From: Oopsacas minuta
Taxonomy: Eukaryota > Animalia > Porifera
Assembly (NCBI GenBank): GCA_024704765.1
Contig: JAKMXF010000066.1
Location: forward strand, 860,050 to 924,049
DNA: 64,000 bases
Direction: 5' to 3'
Part shown: piece after piece, positions 10,325 through 20,922 of the stretch
Layout of the letters: every line of letters starts with the position of its first letter
How positions within the stretch are numbered: the stretch's first letter is position 1
Program-made: the position numbers and the translations under genes
The notes under the pieces: model-generated
Databases searched by the model: none
The model's input: the letters and a program-made list of their open reading frames with translations, nothing else
What the model was told of the DNA's origin: nothing

Positions 10325-11629
10325 AATGATGGGACTTGTCAGACAGGGCTGTACAGATTGTGAGACCCGCGGTTGTGATAGTTGTACCCAATCTGAATCT
10401 CTGAGCCCCGAGGAGGTGTGTGTCTATTCAGAGAGCTTGTCCCTCTCTCAGTATCAACAGCTGATCAACAGGGGATGGTATAGGAGAGGGGGAGACCGCA
10501 TGTACCGATGGGGTAAGAAATTAAAACTAGAATGTGTGAATTGGGAGACAAGAATTAGAGTTAAGGAATTCAAATTAAATCAGAAAAAGACCTTTTCTAG
10601 GGTTCTTAAGAAAATTCCTAAGAACCTAACCGTTACCACGGTACCATCCAGGTATGTTGTTGTCAAATATGTATTATGCATATTTCATACAGTATCTGGT
10701 TGCTAGGTTCACAGAAGAAGGATACAATCTGTATAATGAATATCAGCTGGTTAAACATTCCAGATCCCGAGTATCTAAGCAGGGTTACATCGATCATGTG
10801 GTTAACACCTGTGTGCCCATTGTGTGCATAGACGGTATAGATTATGGGACATTCCATCAGGAGTATCGTGTTGCTGGGGAGTTAATAGCAATTGGAGTTA
10901 TTGATATTATACTAGAAGGTTTGTCATCCATGGTTCAATAATACGATTTTACTATAGCAACCATTTATTATAATGGAATGTCAATGTATCTCTAGGTATA
11001 GTATCAATCTATTTCTACTACAAGACTACTAAGGAGGTTCTTAAACTGTCTCTTGGGAGATACTCATCTCTTAGAGAAATACAATTTGTACAAGAATTGA
11101 ATTTAGTAAATAATAATATTCAATATTATTATTTACAAGGCTGGAGTAAATATAACAACAAATTAAGTTATAAAGGAGATTATAAACCTGTAGAGTTTCT
11201 GGGAAGATGTGTGTCCTCTATGTGGACAGAGGACCCTATTGAAAGTAAAGGTACAAAGAAATTGGTTCCCTCCTGAATGCTTATTAGTTATTAAACCATT
11301 GATGGTGGATTTAGTTATCTGCTTGTATAATCCATGGTTTAATATCTAATAGTGTTTATTGTTTGTTTGTTTGTTTGTTTGTTTGTTTAGATTCCAACTT
11401 TAACTCGCTAGAAATCGACAGATCAGAATGGTTAACACATTCTATTCCTGTTAGTGTTAATAGCATTCAAGTTTATATCAACGGATTGTTAATAACATTC
11501 CAACAACTCAAACTCGTTGCTAACCTAACTCCTCAACAACGTGACTATATTGGTACTTCTCTTGAACAACTGTGCTATGCTATTGGTCCTGAATTAACTC
11601 AAAAGCTAATTATATATTTTCACACCTAA
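10325..11629 (+). CDS. ATE1: Arginyl-tRNA--protein transferase (ATE1)-like domain, 4 exons (10325-10651, 10707-10918, 10996-11250, 11391-11629)
   Basis: CxxC...YQQLINRGWYRRGG; FTEEGYNLYNEYQLVKH; YGTFHQEYRVAGELIAIGVIDII; IVSIYFYY...LSLGRYSSLREI; YYYLQGW...LSYKGDYKPVEFL; eukaryote-type tail ...LCYAIGPELTQKLIIYF. All three introns are GT-AG and phase-compatible. Confidence 0.88.
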
Positions 11630-11673
11630 ACACACAAATAATTTTTAGATTTGGTTAAAACTGGAGAGATATA

Positions 11674-11725
11674 TTGTTGTTGTTGTTGTTGTTGTTATTG
11701 TTGTTGTTGTTGTTGTTGTTGTTGT
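11674..11725. repeat. (GTT)n microsatellite
   Basis: Direct reading. Similar tracts: (GTT)n at 12212-12250 and (TTTG)n at 11359-11388. Confidence 0.95.
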
Positions 11726-11809
11726 GTGTATCTTTTTAAATATTGATGAACAAATACCTGGCTATTTTGTTTATTGTTTGTTTACTTGTTTGTTTATTTG
11801 TTTACTAGT

Positions 11810-12211
11810 ATGAGTACAGCACAAGAGAGACCTAATCAACCTCTCCAATATCTTAACGGTAGAATTAATCTGCTACAACTCAAAGAGCATTTTAAGGTAT
11901 TTCTATTTATACCTCATAGTTACTTAACTGTGTAATTGGTATGTGTATATCATCTCTACCCTCTCATAGGGTACATTCCTGGACTTGGTGTCCTCACAGA
12001 GTACAGGGTCTAAAGCACTCGTATGGGACAAACAGTTGTTGTCACCTCTTAACTTAATAGTAGAGTACTCATCTCTAAGAGAGAGATCTGTTGATCACAT
12101 GTTCCATCTTGATACTGAATTTGTGGTTAATTCTGACATTCCATGCTACGTGTTTGTTGTTAGGGATGATTATAGTGTTATTGAAATGCTAGCTAGGTAT
12201 GTTGCTATTGT

Positions 12212-12249
<38 letters not shown>

Positions 12250-14267
12250 GCTCTAATTAATATATTTACACATTAGAATAGCCCTGAAGTGTAAATCCTC
12301 ATTGGCTGCAGGCAGTATGACATTCAGTCTGATATTTATCCCTCGTAAAAGCACTGTAGGCCTAAGACTGCTTCAGGATCTGGGAGCTGTGCATCTTTTC
12401 AAGAAGATCGAGTCTCTACATATTGACTTGATCCCCTTAGACTCTGATATCCTATCAATGGAGAGACCTATTGACTTCAGGGAATGTTTTGTAGAAGAAT
12501 TGACAGATCTGTCATATGAAGTATGTTTGTTATTGTTTATTAAGAGGGTATATTCATATGTTTACGAGAGGTTGTTATTTCATGTGAGAGTGAGAGTTAC
12601 TGAATCTTGACTGTATGTGAGTATACATTCCTATGTGTATTTAAGGTATCCAAGTCTTTGATGACTCTACAAGCCCTGTATGGACCTTTCCCCCGCGTAT
12701 TTGCTAAGGGTAGATGGTCTTGTCACGTGTGTGACACTGTTAAGCGTATGATCCGTCTGGTAGACAAGTCGTTCACCTCTCAGCCCTCTCAGATAGATGC
12801 AGTTGTCCTCCTAGACAGGACAGTAGACCTTATAACACCTTTGGTTACCCCCCTGACATATGAGGGATTAGTTGATGAACTATTTGGTATTAATTATACT
12901 GTAACTCAACTACCAGCTGATAGATTCCCTGAAGACGAAGGGAAAGGTAATTCATATGGACCATAAATCTGTATACCTAATTCATTGTTTACTTTATTAG
13001 GAAATAAACAAAAGAAAGTAACACTTAACAGTTCTGATGAACTATTCACAGACCTCAGAGATTTACACTTCGCGTCAGTGGGTGGATATCTAAGCAGGAG
13101 AGCAAAGAACTTGAATGTAGTAATGGATGAGAGACACATTGCTCAGTCTGTGTCACAACTCAGAGTATTTGTAGCTAAAATACCACACATACAGGTAGTT
13201 ACCATGATTACATTGTATGTCATCATGAATTCCTATACACCATTTTGGTATCCAGGTAACAAAGCGTAGTCTAGGACTACATACAACACTAGCAGAACTT
13301 GTGAAGGAGGTTATTGATGACGTAGCATTTTCGGAGTTGAAATCCCAAGAACAGAAGTTCTTAGAAGAAGTGGATCACGATAGGATCAATGACTATATCG
13401 AGAAGTTGATTGGTCGACAGGGTGATATTAAGAGTATTCTGAGACTTATTTGTTTACAGAGCCAGGTAGAGTTCTTTTGTGTCATATGATTAATCATATT
13501 TTCACACCTTTTAAAGGTAGGTAATGGATTAAAGATTAAAGTGTTTGAACACTACAAGCGGGAGATAATACACGCATATGGAGTACAACATATAGTCACA
13601 TTCCATAGATTAGAATCAGCTGGGATGTTGAGGATACAACAACAAGCCTCAAAGACATATTCATCTCTAAGAAGGTAATGAGTTATTGTTTATAAAGAAA
13701 AAGCTGTTCCCAATATTATTCACATCTCTTCATGAGACAAAGTGTGACATCTGTGAATTCCTTCCTATTCCATTAGTATCCATGGTCCTATTATAATGTT
13801 CTATTTATAGAAGCTTGAAGTTGACTAGACAAGTGGACGTAAGGAATGCAGAGGACATAGCTTATACTCACTCAGGGTATGCTCCTCTCTCTGTTAGACT
13901 AATTGAACAGCTGATAGTCAAACCAGGTAATATGAATATAAAAATATTAACACCTTATATTATAACTGTATTGATAGGTGTTGGTCCAATCAGCTGGAAG
14001 AGAGTAGATGATAGTGTAATGCGACTCATCCCTGGTCCACATACAGAATTCTCCCCACGGTCTGAGCAGGAGGGGGTAGATACTACTAATGAGGGTCAGA
14101 AACTTATCTTAGTATATTTCATCGGTGGAGTTAGTTTTGGAGAAATCTCAGCTTTGAGATTTCTTTCACAAACTGAAGATTCTATTGCTAACTTTATTAT
14201 AGCCACTTCTCGTCTTAACAACGGAAATAAGCTAATGGAATCTATGCTATCTACACGTACATCTTAG
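11810..14267 (+). CDS. VPS33A: Vacuolar protein sorting 33 (Sec1/Munc18 family), multi-exon
   Basis: LNGRINLLQLKE, GSKALVWD, IDLIPLDSDILSME, IDAVVLLDRTVDLITPLVTPLTYEGLVDELFGI, LNSSDELFTDLRDLHF, YSGYAPLSVRL-type motif (HSGYAPLSVRLIE), LVYFIGGVSFGEISALRFL. Confidence 0.95.
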
Positions 14268-14429
14268 AGATTGTTTATTGTTTACAGATTGTGTATGTAT
14301 ATAGTTGTTTGTTTATATTCATATGGTTAAGAGTATGTACAATCAATTCTTGATATATCTAACCTCAAAGGTCCACAAATACGACTCAATATTTGTTATT
14401 CTTAAGTCTTCAGTTAGCTAATCAGAGAT

Positions 14430-17400
14430 ATGAGTAATCCTCAGGACGAGTTCGATAAGGCTAGAGCTTATCTACTGACATCAAGTGATGTGTCAAATAT
14501 TAATCTGTAAGTACTTTTGTGTGTTGTTGTTGTTGTTATTATACTCTCCTCCATCTAGATACGATCACCTTAGTACTTGTTTGAAGAAGGTGTTATTAGA
14601 GAGACCCAATAATGCTGTAGATTATATAGAAGATATTAGCAGGAAGATTAAGAGGGAGAAATTGACCGCCAAGACAGATTCTCTAGTGGTTAGTTGTGTA
14701 TTACAATATGGTGTACAGTGTGTAACTTCTCATAAACGGGCCTTTGGAATGTGGAATTTCTGGAAACAGCGAATTCCTAGTCACATACGAATCAACCTCC
14801 ACAGACGGGAAATGGTTCAATTTCCCGTTTTTAGAGGTTACATTGTTTCTGGTATTATGGATAATGGATACTTAACACTAATTTATCTAATTAGAATGAG
14901 CCTGGGGCCAATAGCGAGGCGGTACTAGCAGAGGTACACAGGGGGCTATTCACACCTCCAGCGGGTGATGAACAGGAGAGATTAGGTGAGGACGATGCCT
15001 TGCCCCCCTACCCTAATCTCCTGGAGCTGATCGGGTACTTAGAACAGGGAGGAATAGGTGTCGGAAAGACAGAGGCATTTAGGATATTTTTAGCACTCAA
15101 ACAGCTGACTGAATCTCATAAACTCCAATCTGTTAGATTCTGGGGTTAGTTTCTTTATTTGTTAATTGAAACAAACAAACAACTAAAATGATTGTAAAAT
15201 GGAATTATAACTAAGCACGAATAAAGTTCCTATTTCTGAAATACAGATACCAGTTGGCCTCTCACAACATATTATAGTGTGTGTTAGTTCTCCTGAGGGA
15301 GAGAGTATCCTAATATTTTGACGATAATAATCACTCATAAGAATATTTCCTGCTTGATCCAAGCAGAAGTATAGATGTTCATACTGGCCAAACCACTCAT
15401 GGGTAACACACGAGTTTATTAGGTGTCCACTTCTAGAGAAGAAGTGGACAGAATTTGGACTTATGTCTAGCACTACTATGCTGTTTGGAGTTACTTTAAC
15501 GTCTCTAGGATAGGTCAGCTGATGAGTACCCAAAGAAATTATGAATTTAAGTTCATTAGAGTAAATACAAACTCTGTGATTGTTAGTATCAGCTACAAAC
15601 ACATCTCCGTTATAGTCTGTACAGAGCCCACGTGGATGATATAGCTCTCCCTCTCCGGATCCTCTGGTACCAGTCCTAGCTACATTGAAATCACTGAATT
15701 GGAACAGAGTGCAGCAATCAATATCTGTAACTAAGACGTGATCTTCTATTAATGCTATACCCCAGGAACTCTTGAGTATGTCTTGTCCAAAATTAGTGAC
15801 GAAGTTTCCCTCAAAAGTAACAACTTGTATACGACAGTTACCAGAATCAGCTATGTATATCAGCTGATTAGGTTCATATATAGCTAGACCTCTAGGTCCA
15901 CATAGTTCATTATTGGCTATCCCTTTCTTCCCTACAGTTATGACAGGCTGCTTCTTGAGAGAGTAGTCCAGCTTCCATTCTTTCATCCCAGCAGACGTAC
16001 GAGCATTCTTTGATTGTTGTTTTCCCATTTGTTTATTGGAGTTTAGTTTGTTAGAAATAATATTAACAAATACAGAATAGACTCTATTTATATTTGTGTA
16101 ACTTGAGAATACCAATTGATGTCAATGGTTGCTATGGTAATTGTGTATTCTAATTTTAGTAACTTTATTCAATCTATTCCTTGTATTATCATTCGTTTCT
16201 TCAGGAAAGATATTCGGGACTGTTCGTAACTTTATAATAGCAGAATGTGAGTTTGTAGAGGGAGAGGGTATGGAGGACACCACAGAGGAACAGGCGCCAG
16301 ATACAGGGGACCAAGAAACAGCTGATAAGGATGAGGATGCTACAGAGGATAAGGAGGAAGCTCCCCCTAAGCCTAACTACAAGCCCCCGCCTGTTATACC
16401 CAAAGAGGAATTCGGTACTGGAACTAATAAGAAAGTGTATTTTGTATGTAATGATGGTGAGTATTGCTGTTGTTATTGTTTGTTTCTTTGTTATTATTAT
16501 TATTATTATTATTATTTTGTAGCTGGGAGTGGGTGGACTAGACTACCGCCTATAACACCCACTCAAATTATCGCAGCTAGACAGATTAGGAAATTTTTTA
16601 CAGGAGATCTGGCTGCAAAGGTAATTATTTCTCAGATCAGCTGTTTATTAATGACTGGGTTTATGTACTTACTCAATTATTGTATTTTCACACCTTATAG
16701 GTATTCAGCTATCCACCATTTCCTGGAAACGAGGGGAACTATTTGCGAGCGCAGATCGCTCGAATATCCGCAACCACCCATATATCTCCTAGTAATTTCT
16801 ATCTGTTTGATGCTGACGAGGAAGATGAGATGGATGCAAGAGACACATTTGCTGTTAATGAGGAATTTGAGAATATTCCTGTTAATGAGCTTGTTGATGA
16901 CTCTCTGTCTAGATGGGTACATCATGTACAGTTTATTCTACCACAAGTATGTACAGTCAATTCCTGTTATATCGAACACGGATATATCGAATACCCGCTT
17001 ATAACTGTATATTGTTATAGGGGAGGTGTGTCTGGTTTAATCCCCTTGAGAAGCCAGATGATCAATTCGATGATGAAGATGAGGACGATGATGACAAAGA
17101 TGGAGCAGATGAGCCACAACCAGAGGAAGGTCCTCCTCTCCTCACCCCTCTTTCTGAGGACAAGGGTATCTGTCACTTTTTCTATCCATTATAATACAGT
17201 CAGGTTATCTGAGTGTCCACAGGATGTGTTCGCTGGTAAAATTATTGCGACCGCTATCCTATCTTATTGATTAATTGAGGTCAATGATTTGTTTCATTAA
17301 TTAGATCCTGACTGTATTTAACAAGTTATATATCTCCTTTAGAGGTCGATGGAATGCCCAGCTGGTCACCTTCTCTAAGTAGTAGTCTAATACCCAGCTA

Positions 17401-17957
17401 CTCTATAGCTATTATACAATCTAATCAGTGGCCAGGTGCTTCTGCATTCTGTATAAACAAGTTAGTTATATACACCGCATCAAGTTTACCTGTCTCATTA
17501 ACTATCGGGTGTTTAGTAATGATTTTACCCACACAGACCTCCTTTAACACGCTTAATTAGCATATTCCATGAATTGGACACAATGTATTATGATGACGTC
17601 ATAAATTAATGAGATATGGAATGCTTAAGTGTATATCATAGAGGATAGAGCTGAAACAAGTTTATTAGTGCTACTTTATTAGGAAGTTTGAGAATGTGTA
17701 TATCGGCTGGGGGCAGAAGTACTCGTCCCATCCTATAAATCCTATGCTACCTCCCTCTGTACAAGATGAGTACCCAGAGGGTCCTGATATCCTGGAGGCT
17801 GAGGACCCTACAGTGGAGCAAGAGACACTCCTGAGGTGACAAAATATGATTAATCTGATAAATAGAATTGTTGTTATTTTTGTTTGTGTTTAGAGTTGCA
17901 CAGGAGGGCAAATTGGGAGAGGGAGAAGATGAAGACCCTGAGGATGATGATGATTAA
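14430..17957 (+). CDS. RSPH4A: Radial spoke head protein 4/6 homolog, multi-exon; one intron (about 15146-16203) hosts NHL copy B
   Basis: [42 protein letters not shown]-type motif ([21 protein letters not shown]) / [99 protein letters not shown], acidic C-terminus ending at 17957. Confidence 0.93.
15183..16028 (-). CDS. NHL-repeat beta-propeller protein, copy B (281 aa, intronless, antisense in an RSPH intron)
   Basis: About six NHL blades ([27 protein letters not shown]...[28 protein letters not shown]). True start MGKQQSK at 16028 (myristoylation-type MGxxxSK). Confidence 0.92.
   Translation of the reverse strand: MGKQQSKNARTSAGMKEWKLDYSLKKQPVITVGKKGIANNELCGPRGLAIYEPNQLIYIADSGNCRIQVVTFEGNFVTNFGQDILKSSWGIALIEDHVLVTDIDCCTLFQFSDFNVARTGTRGSGEGELYHPRGLCTDYNGDVFVADTNNHRVCIYSNELKFIISLGTHQLTYPRDVKVTPNSIVVLDISPNSVHFFSRSGHLINSCVTHEWFGQYEHLYFCLDQAGNILMSDYYRQNIRILSPSGELTHTIICCERPTGICISEIGTLFVLSYNSILQSF
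16029..16140 (-). promoter_or_regulatory. Conserved upstream module of NHL copy B
   Basis: Homologous to 171-277. The CRE reads TGATGTCA here (CpG to TpG). Confidence 0.6.
16954..17007. mobile_element. Truncated MITE (same family as 3281-3382) forming most of a 74-bp RSPH intron
   Basis: ta-cagtcaattcctgttatatcgaacacggatatatcgaatacccgcttataactg-ta inside intron 16947-17020. Confidence 0.65.
17197..17314. mobile_element. MITE-like element with TA target duplication
   Basis: ta|cagtcaggttatct ... agatcctgactg|ta; short terminal inverted repeats; intronic. Confidence 0.6.
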
Positions 17958-18162
17958 TATTATTTCCCCAGCAACCCTATCACTAACAACAATGTACACT
18001 AATTATCCGTATATACTATCACATTATATTATGCATTCCTTTGATTATAGCTGGTATCCAGGCTGTGACTCGCTATGGTACGTATTTGATTATGTTCCAG
18101 GCTAAACAAATTTTTGATTTATCAATCATGTGTGGCCTAGTGCAATGCTTTCTTCCACAATG

Positions 18163-18269
18163 CTACCATAGCAACCATTGACGTCAATTGGTATTCTCAA
18201 GTTACACAAATATAAATAGAGTCTGTATTAGTTAATATTATTTCTAACAAACTAAACTCCAATAAACAA
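18163..18269 (+). promoter_or_regulatory. Conserved upstream module of NHL copy C
   Basis: Reverse complement of 171-277 and 16029-16140; intact TGACGTCA at 18179-18186. Confidence 0.6.
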
Positions 18270-19121
18270 ATGGGAAAACAACAATCAAAGAATGCTCGTA
18301 TGTCTGCTGAGATGAAAGAATGGGAGCTGGACTACTCTCTCAAGAGCCAGCCTGTCATAGCTGTAGGGAAGAAAGGGAAAGCTAATAATGAACTACTTTA
18401 TGCTTGCGGTCTAGCTATATATGAACCTAATCAGCTGATATACATAGCTGATTCTGGTAACTGTCGTATACAAGTTGTTACTTTTGAGGGAAACTTCGTC
18501 ACTGATTTTGGAGAAGACATACTCAGGAGGCCCTACGGAGTAGCAGTAACAGAAGATCACGTCTTCGTTACGGACTCTACAATCCATGCTTTGTTCCAAT
18601 TCAGTGATTTCAATGTAGCGGGGACTGATACCAGAGGATCAGGAGAGGGAGAGCTAGATAATCCTACAGGACTCTGTACAGACTACAACGGAGATGTGTA
18701 TGTAGCTGATACTAACAATCACAGAGTTTGTATTTACTCTAATGAACTTAAATTCATAATTTCTTTCGGTACTCATCAGCTGATTACCCCTAGAGACGTT
18801 AAAGTAACTCCAAACAGCATAGTAGTGCTAGACATAAGTCCAAATTCTGTCCACTTCTTCTCTAGAAGTGGACGCCAAATACACTCGTGTGTTACTCAGG
18901 GGCTTCGATGTGTTTTTCACCCATACTTCTTCTGTTTGGATCCAGCAGGAAATATTCTTATTGGCGATCATTCCCATCATAGAATTGTGACATTCTCTCC
19001 CTTAGGAGAGCTAATTCCTATTAGTAGAGGACACAAATTGGGTGAATTCATTTATCCAGTTGGTATTTGTATATCTGCATTAGGTACTATATTTATTACT
19101 TCAGATCCTGGAATTTCCTAA
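18270..19121 (+). CDS. NHL-repeat beta-propeller protein, copy C (283 aa, intronless)
   Basis: MGKQQSK start; NHL blades (RPYGVAV, NPTGLCTD, TPRDVKV, YPVGICI); long stretches identical in DNA to copy B. Confidence 0.92.
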   Translation: MGKQQSKNARMSAEMKEWELDYSLKSQPVIAVGKKGKANNELLYACGLAIYEPNQLIYIADSGNCRIQVVTFEGNFVTDFGEDILRRPYGVAVTEDHVFVTDSTIHALFQFSDFNVAGTDTRGSGEGELDNPTGLCTDYNGDVYVADTNNHRVCIYSNELKFIISFGTHQLITPRDVKVTPNSIVVLDISPNSVHFFSRSGRQIHSCVTQGLRCVFHPYFFCLDPAGNILIGDHSHHRIVTFSPLGELIPISRGHKLGEFIYPVGICISALGTIFITSDPGIS

Positions 19122-19181
19122 TTAGGTGTTTGTAAGTTTGTTCGTATTATAACTATTATTAATATTAATTTTCTTGTTAGA

Positions 19182-20532
19182 ATGAATAGTTTGTGGTTTA
19201 GAATTGTTAATAAGAGACAATTTGTGACGTCATTAAAATTTTCACGTCACTACTATTTGAAACCTAAACGTGTTTCTAACAAGAATTCCCAAGCCCTCAT
19301 CCTAGCAACCGGAGTGGTAACTGGAATCTTTGGTTTTAGTATTTATGTGTTAGGTTAGTTCCATAAGGCTAGGAACCAGCTTGTTGTTATTTATATTTGG
19401 TATGTGATGTAGGTAGACCTGATGAAGACACTGAATATATGAAACAGTTTGAACAACAGAAATATTCAAATTGTATGTTTACTACATGAACTGTAGATGA
19501 TATTTCTATAATTGTTATCACCTAATTTATCATACAGATAATCCTCTGCTAGCGTATCTCTGTAGAGCGAGGGACAAGGCCACAGGACTGTCTAAGGTGG
19601 AATGTTAACACCTCTCTTAATTGCACCCAAGGTGACATATTTACGTTTATTTTCTTTAGTTCATATCAGACCCCTCCTCCCCTGTACTGATACCCTCCAA
19701 ACACCCTCAACATCCGTCCTACACTCTTGTACTGGAGATAAAAGATCTCATAATCCATCCTTCACATGAGGTGCATACCTATGAGTAGTATATGTAACCA
19801 GGGTAAATAAATTATGTTGTGACGTCACTAGGTGCTTAGAGGCTGGAATTTCCAGAAGAGACCAGGAGTACACGCATTCCTTCGGGAACTGTCTCAGGAT
19901 TATGAAATTATTGTCTATTCTAGTGAGGTTCCGCAGGTATACAATATCTGTAAACTATAAGTAAATAACAACAAAACAAACCAATAAACATTATTCCTAG
20001 AACGCAGAGCCAATAATCCAAGGTCTAGATCCCTACGGAATGATTGGCTACCGTCTGTACAGGGGAGACACTAAGTATATGAAAGGACAACATGTTAAGG
20101 TATACATTCCTATATACATTCTTTGTTGCTATGCAATATATTAATGTTTATTTTAGGATCTGGATTGTCTTAACAGAGATCTCTCTAAGTTGGTTATACT
20201 AGACACGAGTAAATCTGCATTCCAGCTCCACCCTAACAACGGTTTGGCTTTAACTCCTTGGAAAGGAGACATCAGAGACAGGACCCTCCTGGATTTAATC
20301 CCCTTTTTAAAAAGTGAGAATTATATTTATTTCAGTTAACACGTATTACATTCCATACTTCCATCTAGGTATCGTAGATATGAAGATTGATGACGTAAGA
20401 ACTGTGATTCCTCAGTACTCAGAATTGGGAGATAATTTTCTTGAAACATTCAAGAAACGGAAAGAAGAATTGGACAAATTAAACCAACCAAAACGACCCA
20501 TAAATTCTAATTTTAGAACTATTTTGAAATAA
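19182..20532 (+). CDS. TIMM50: Mitochondrial import inner membrane translocase subunit TIM50, multi-exon
   Basis: Basic presequence plus TM segment (LILATGVVTGIFGFSIYVL), then FCP1-like domain YTLVLEIKDLIIHP, GWNFQKRPGVHAFL, GMIGYRLYRGDTKYMKGQHVK/DLDCLNRDLSKLVILD, WKGDIRDRTLLDLIPFLK. Confidence 0.92.
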
Positions 20533-20922
20533 ATCACTTAGCTATCATATGATTAATATTAATGCGTATAGATCTACAAGTTACGTCACTTTATATATCT
20601 TCACACGCCCCTGCATTCCTATATCGGGTTGATGTTGCCTAGGCTTGTCATATGCAGAATGGCTTTATTTTAATTCATAAGGTAATCTAAGGAATATAAT
20701 GGATAACTGATTCCTGTCATATGATAGTGGTGAAGAATCTTTGGTTGTGACGTCACGCATGTAATCATGTGCCCCTTATTGAGAGCGCCAGTGTTTGTAT
20801 TTATTAATATTTATCTATGTCTATAATCCATATGAGAACATAAATACACAAGAAGCTAGGTAGGACCTATAGTCCATGATCACACACTAATTCTTATTTC
20901 TATAAATAGCTAAAATAGACTT

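Noticed and set aside
10326-10329. ATGA stop/start overlap as bacterial-style translational coupling
   Set aside because: The context is eukaryotic, and a splice acceptor immediately upstream explains the overlap better (cis fusion or trans-splicing).
10325-11629. ATE1-like domain as a bacterial Bpt/ate gene
   Set aside because: Despite its compact size it has three spliceosomal introns, the eukaryotic YGxFHQxY motif and the eukaryotic C-terminal tail.
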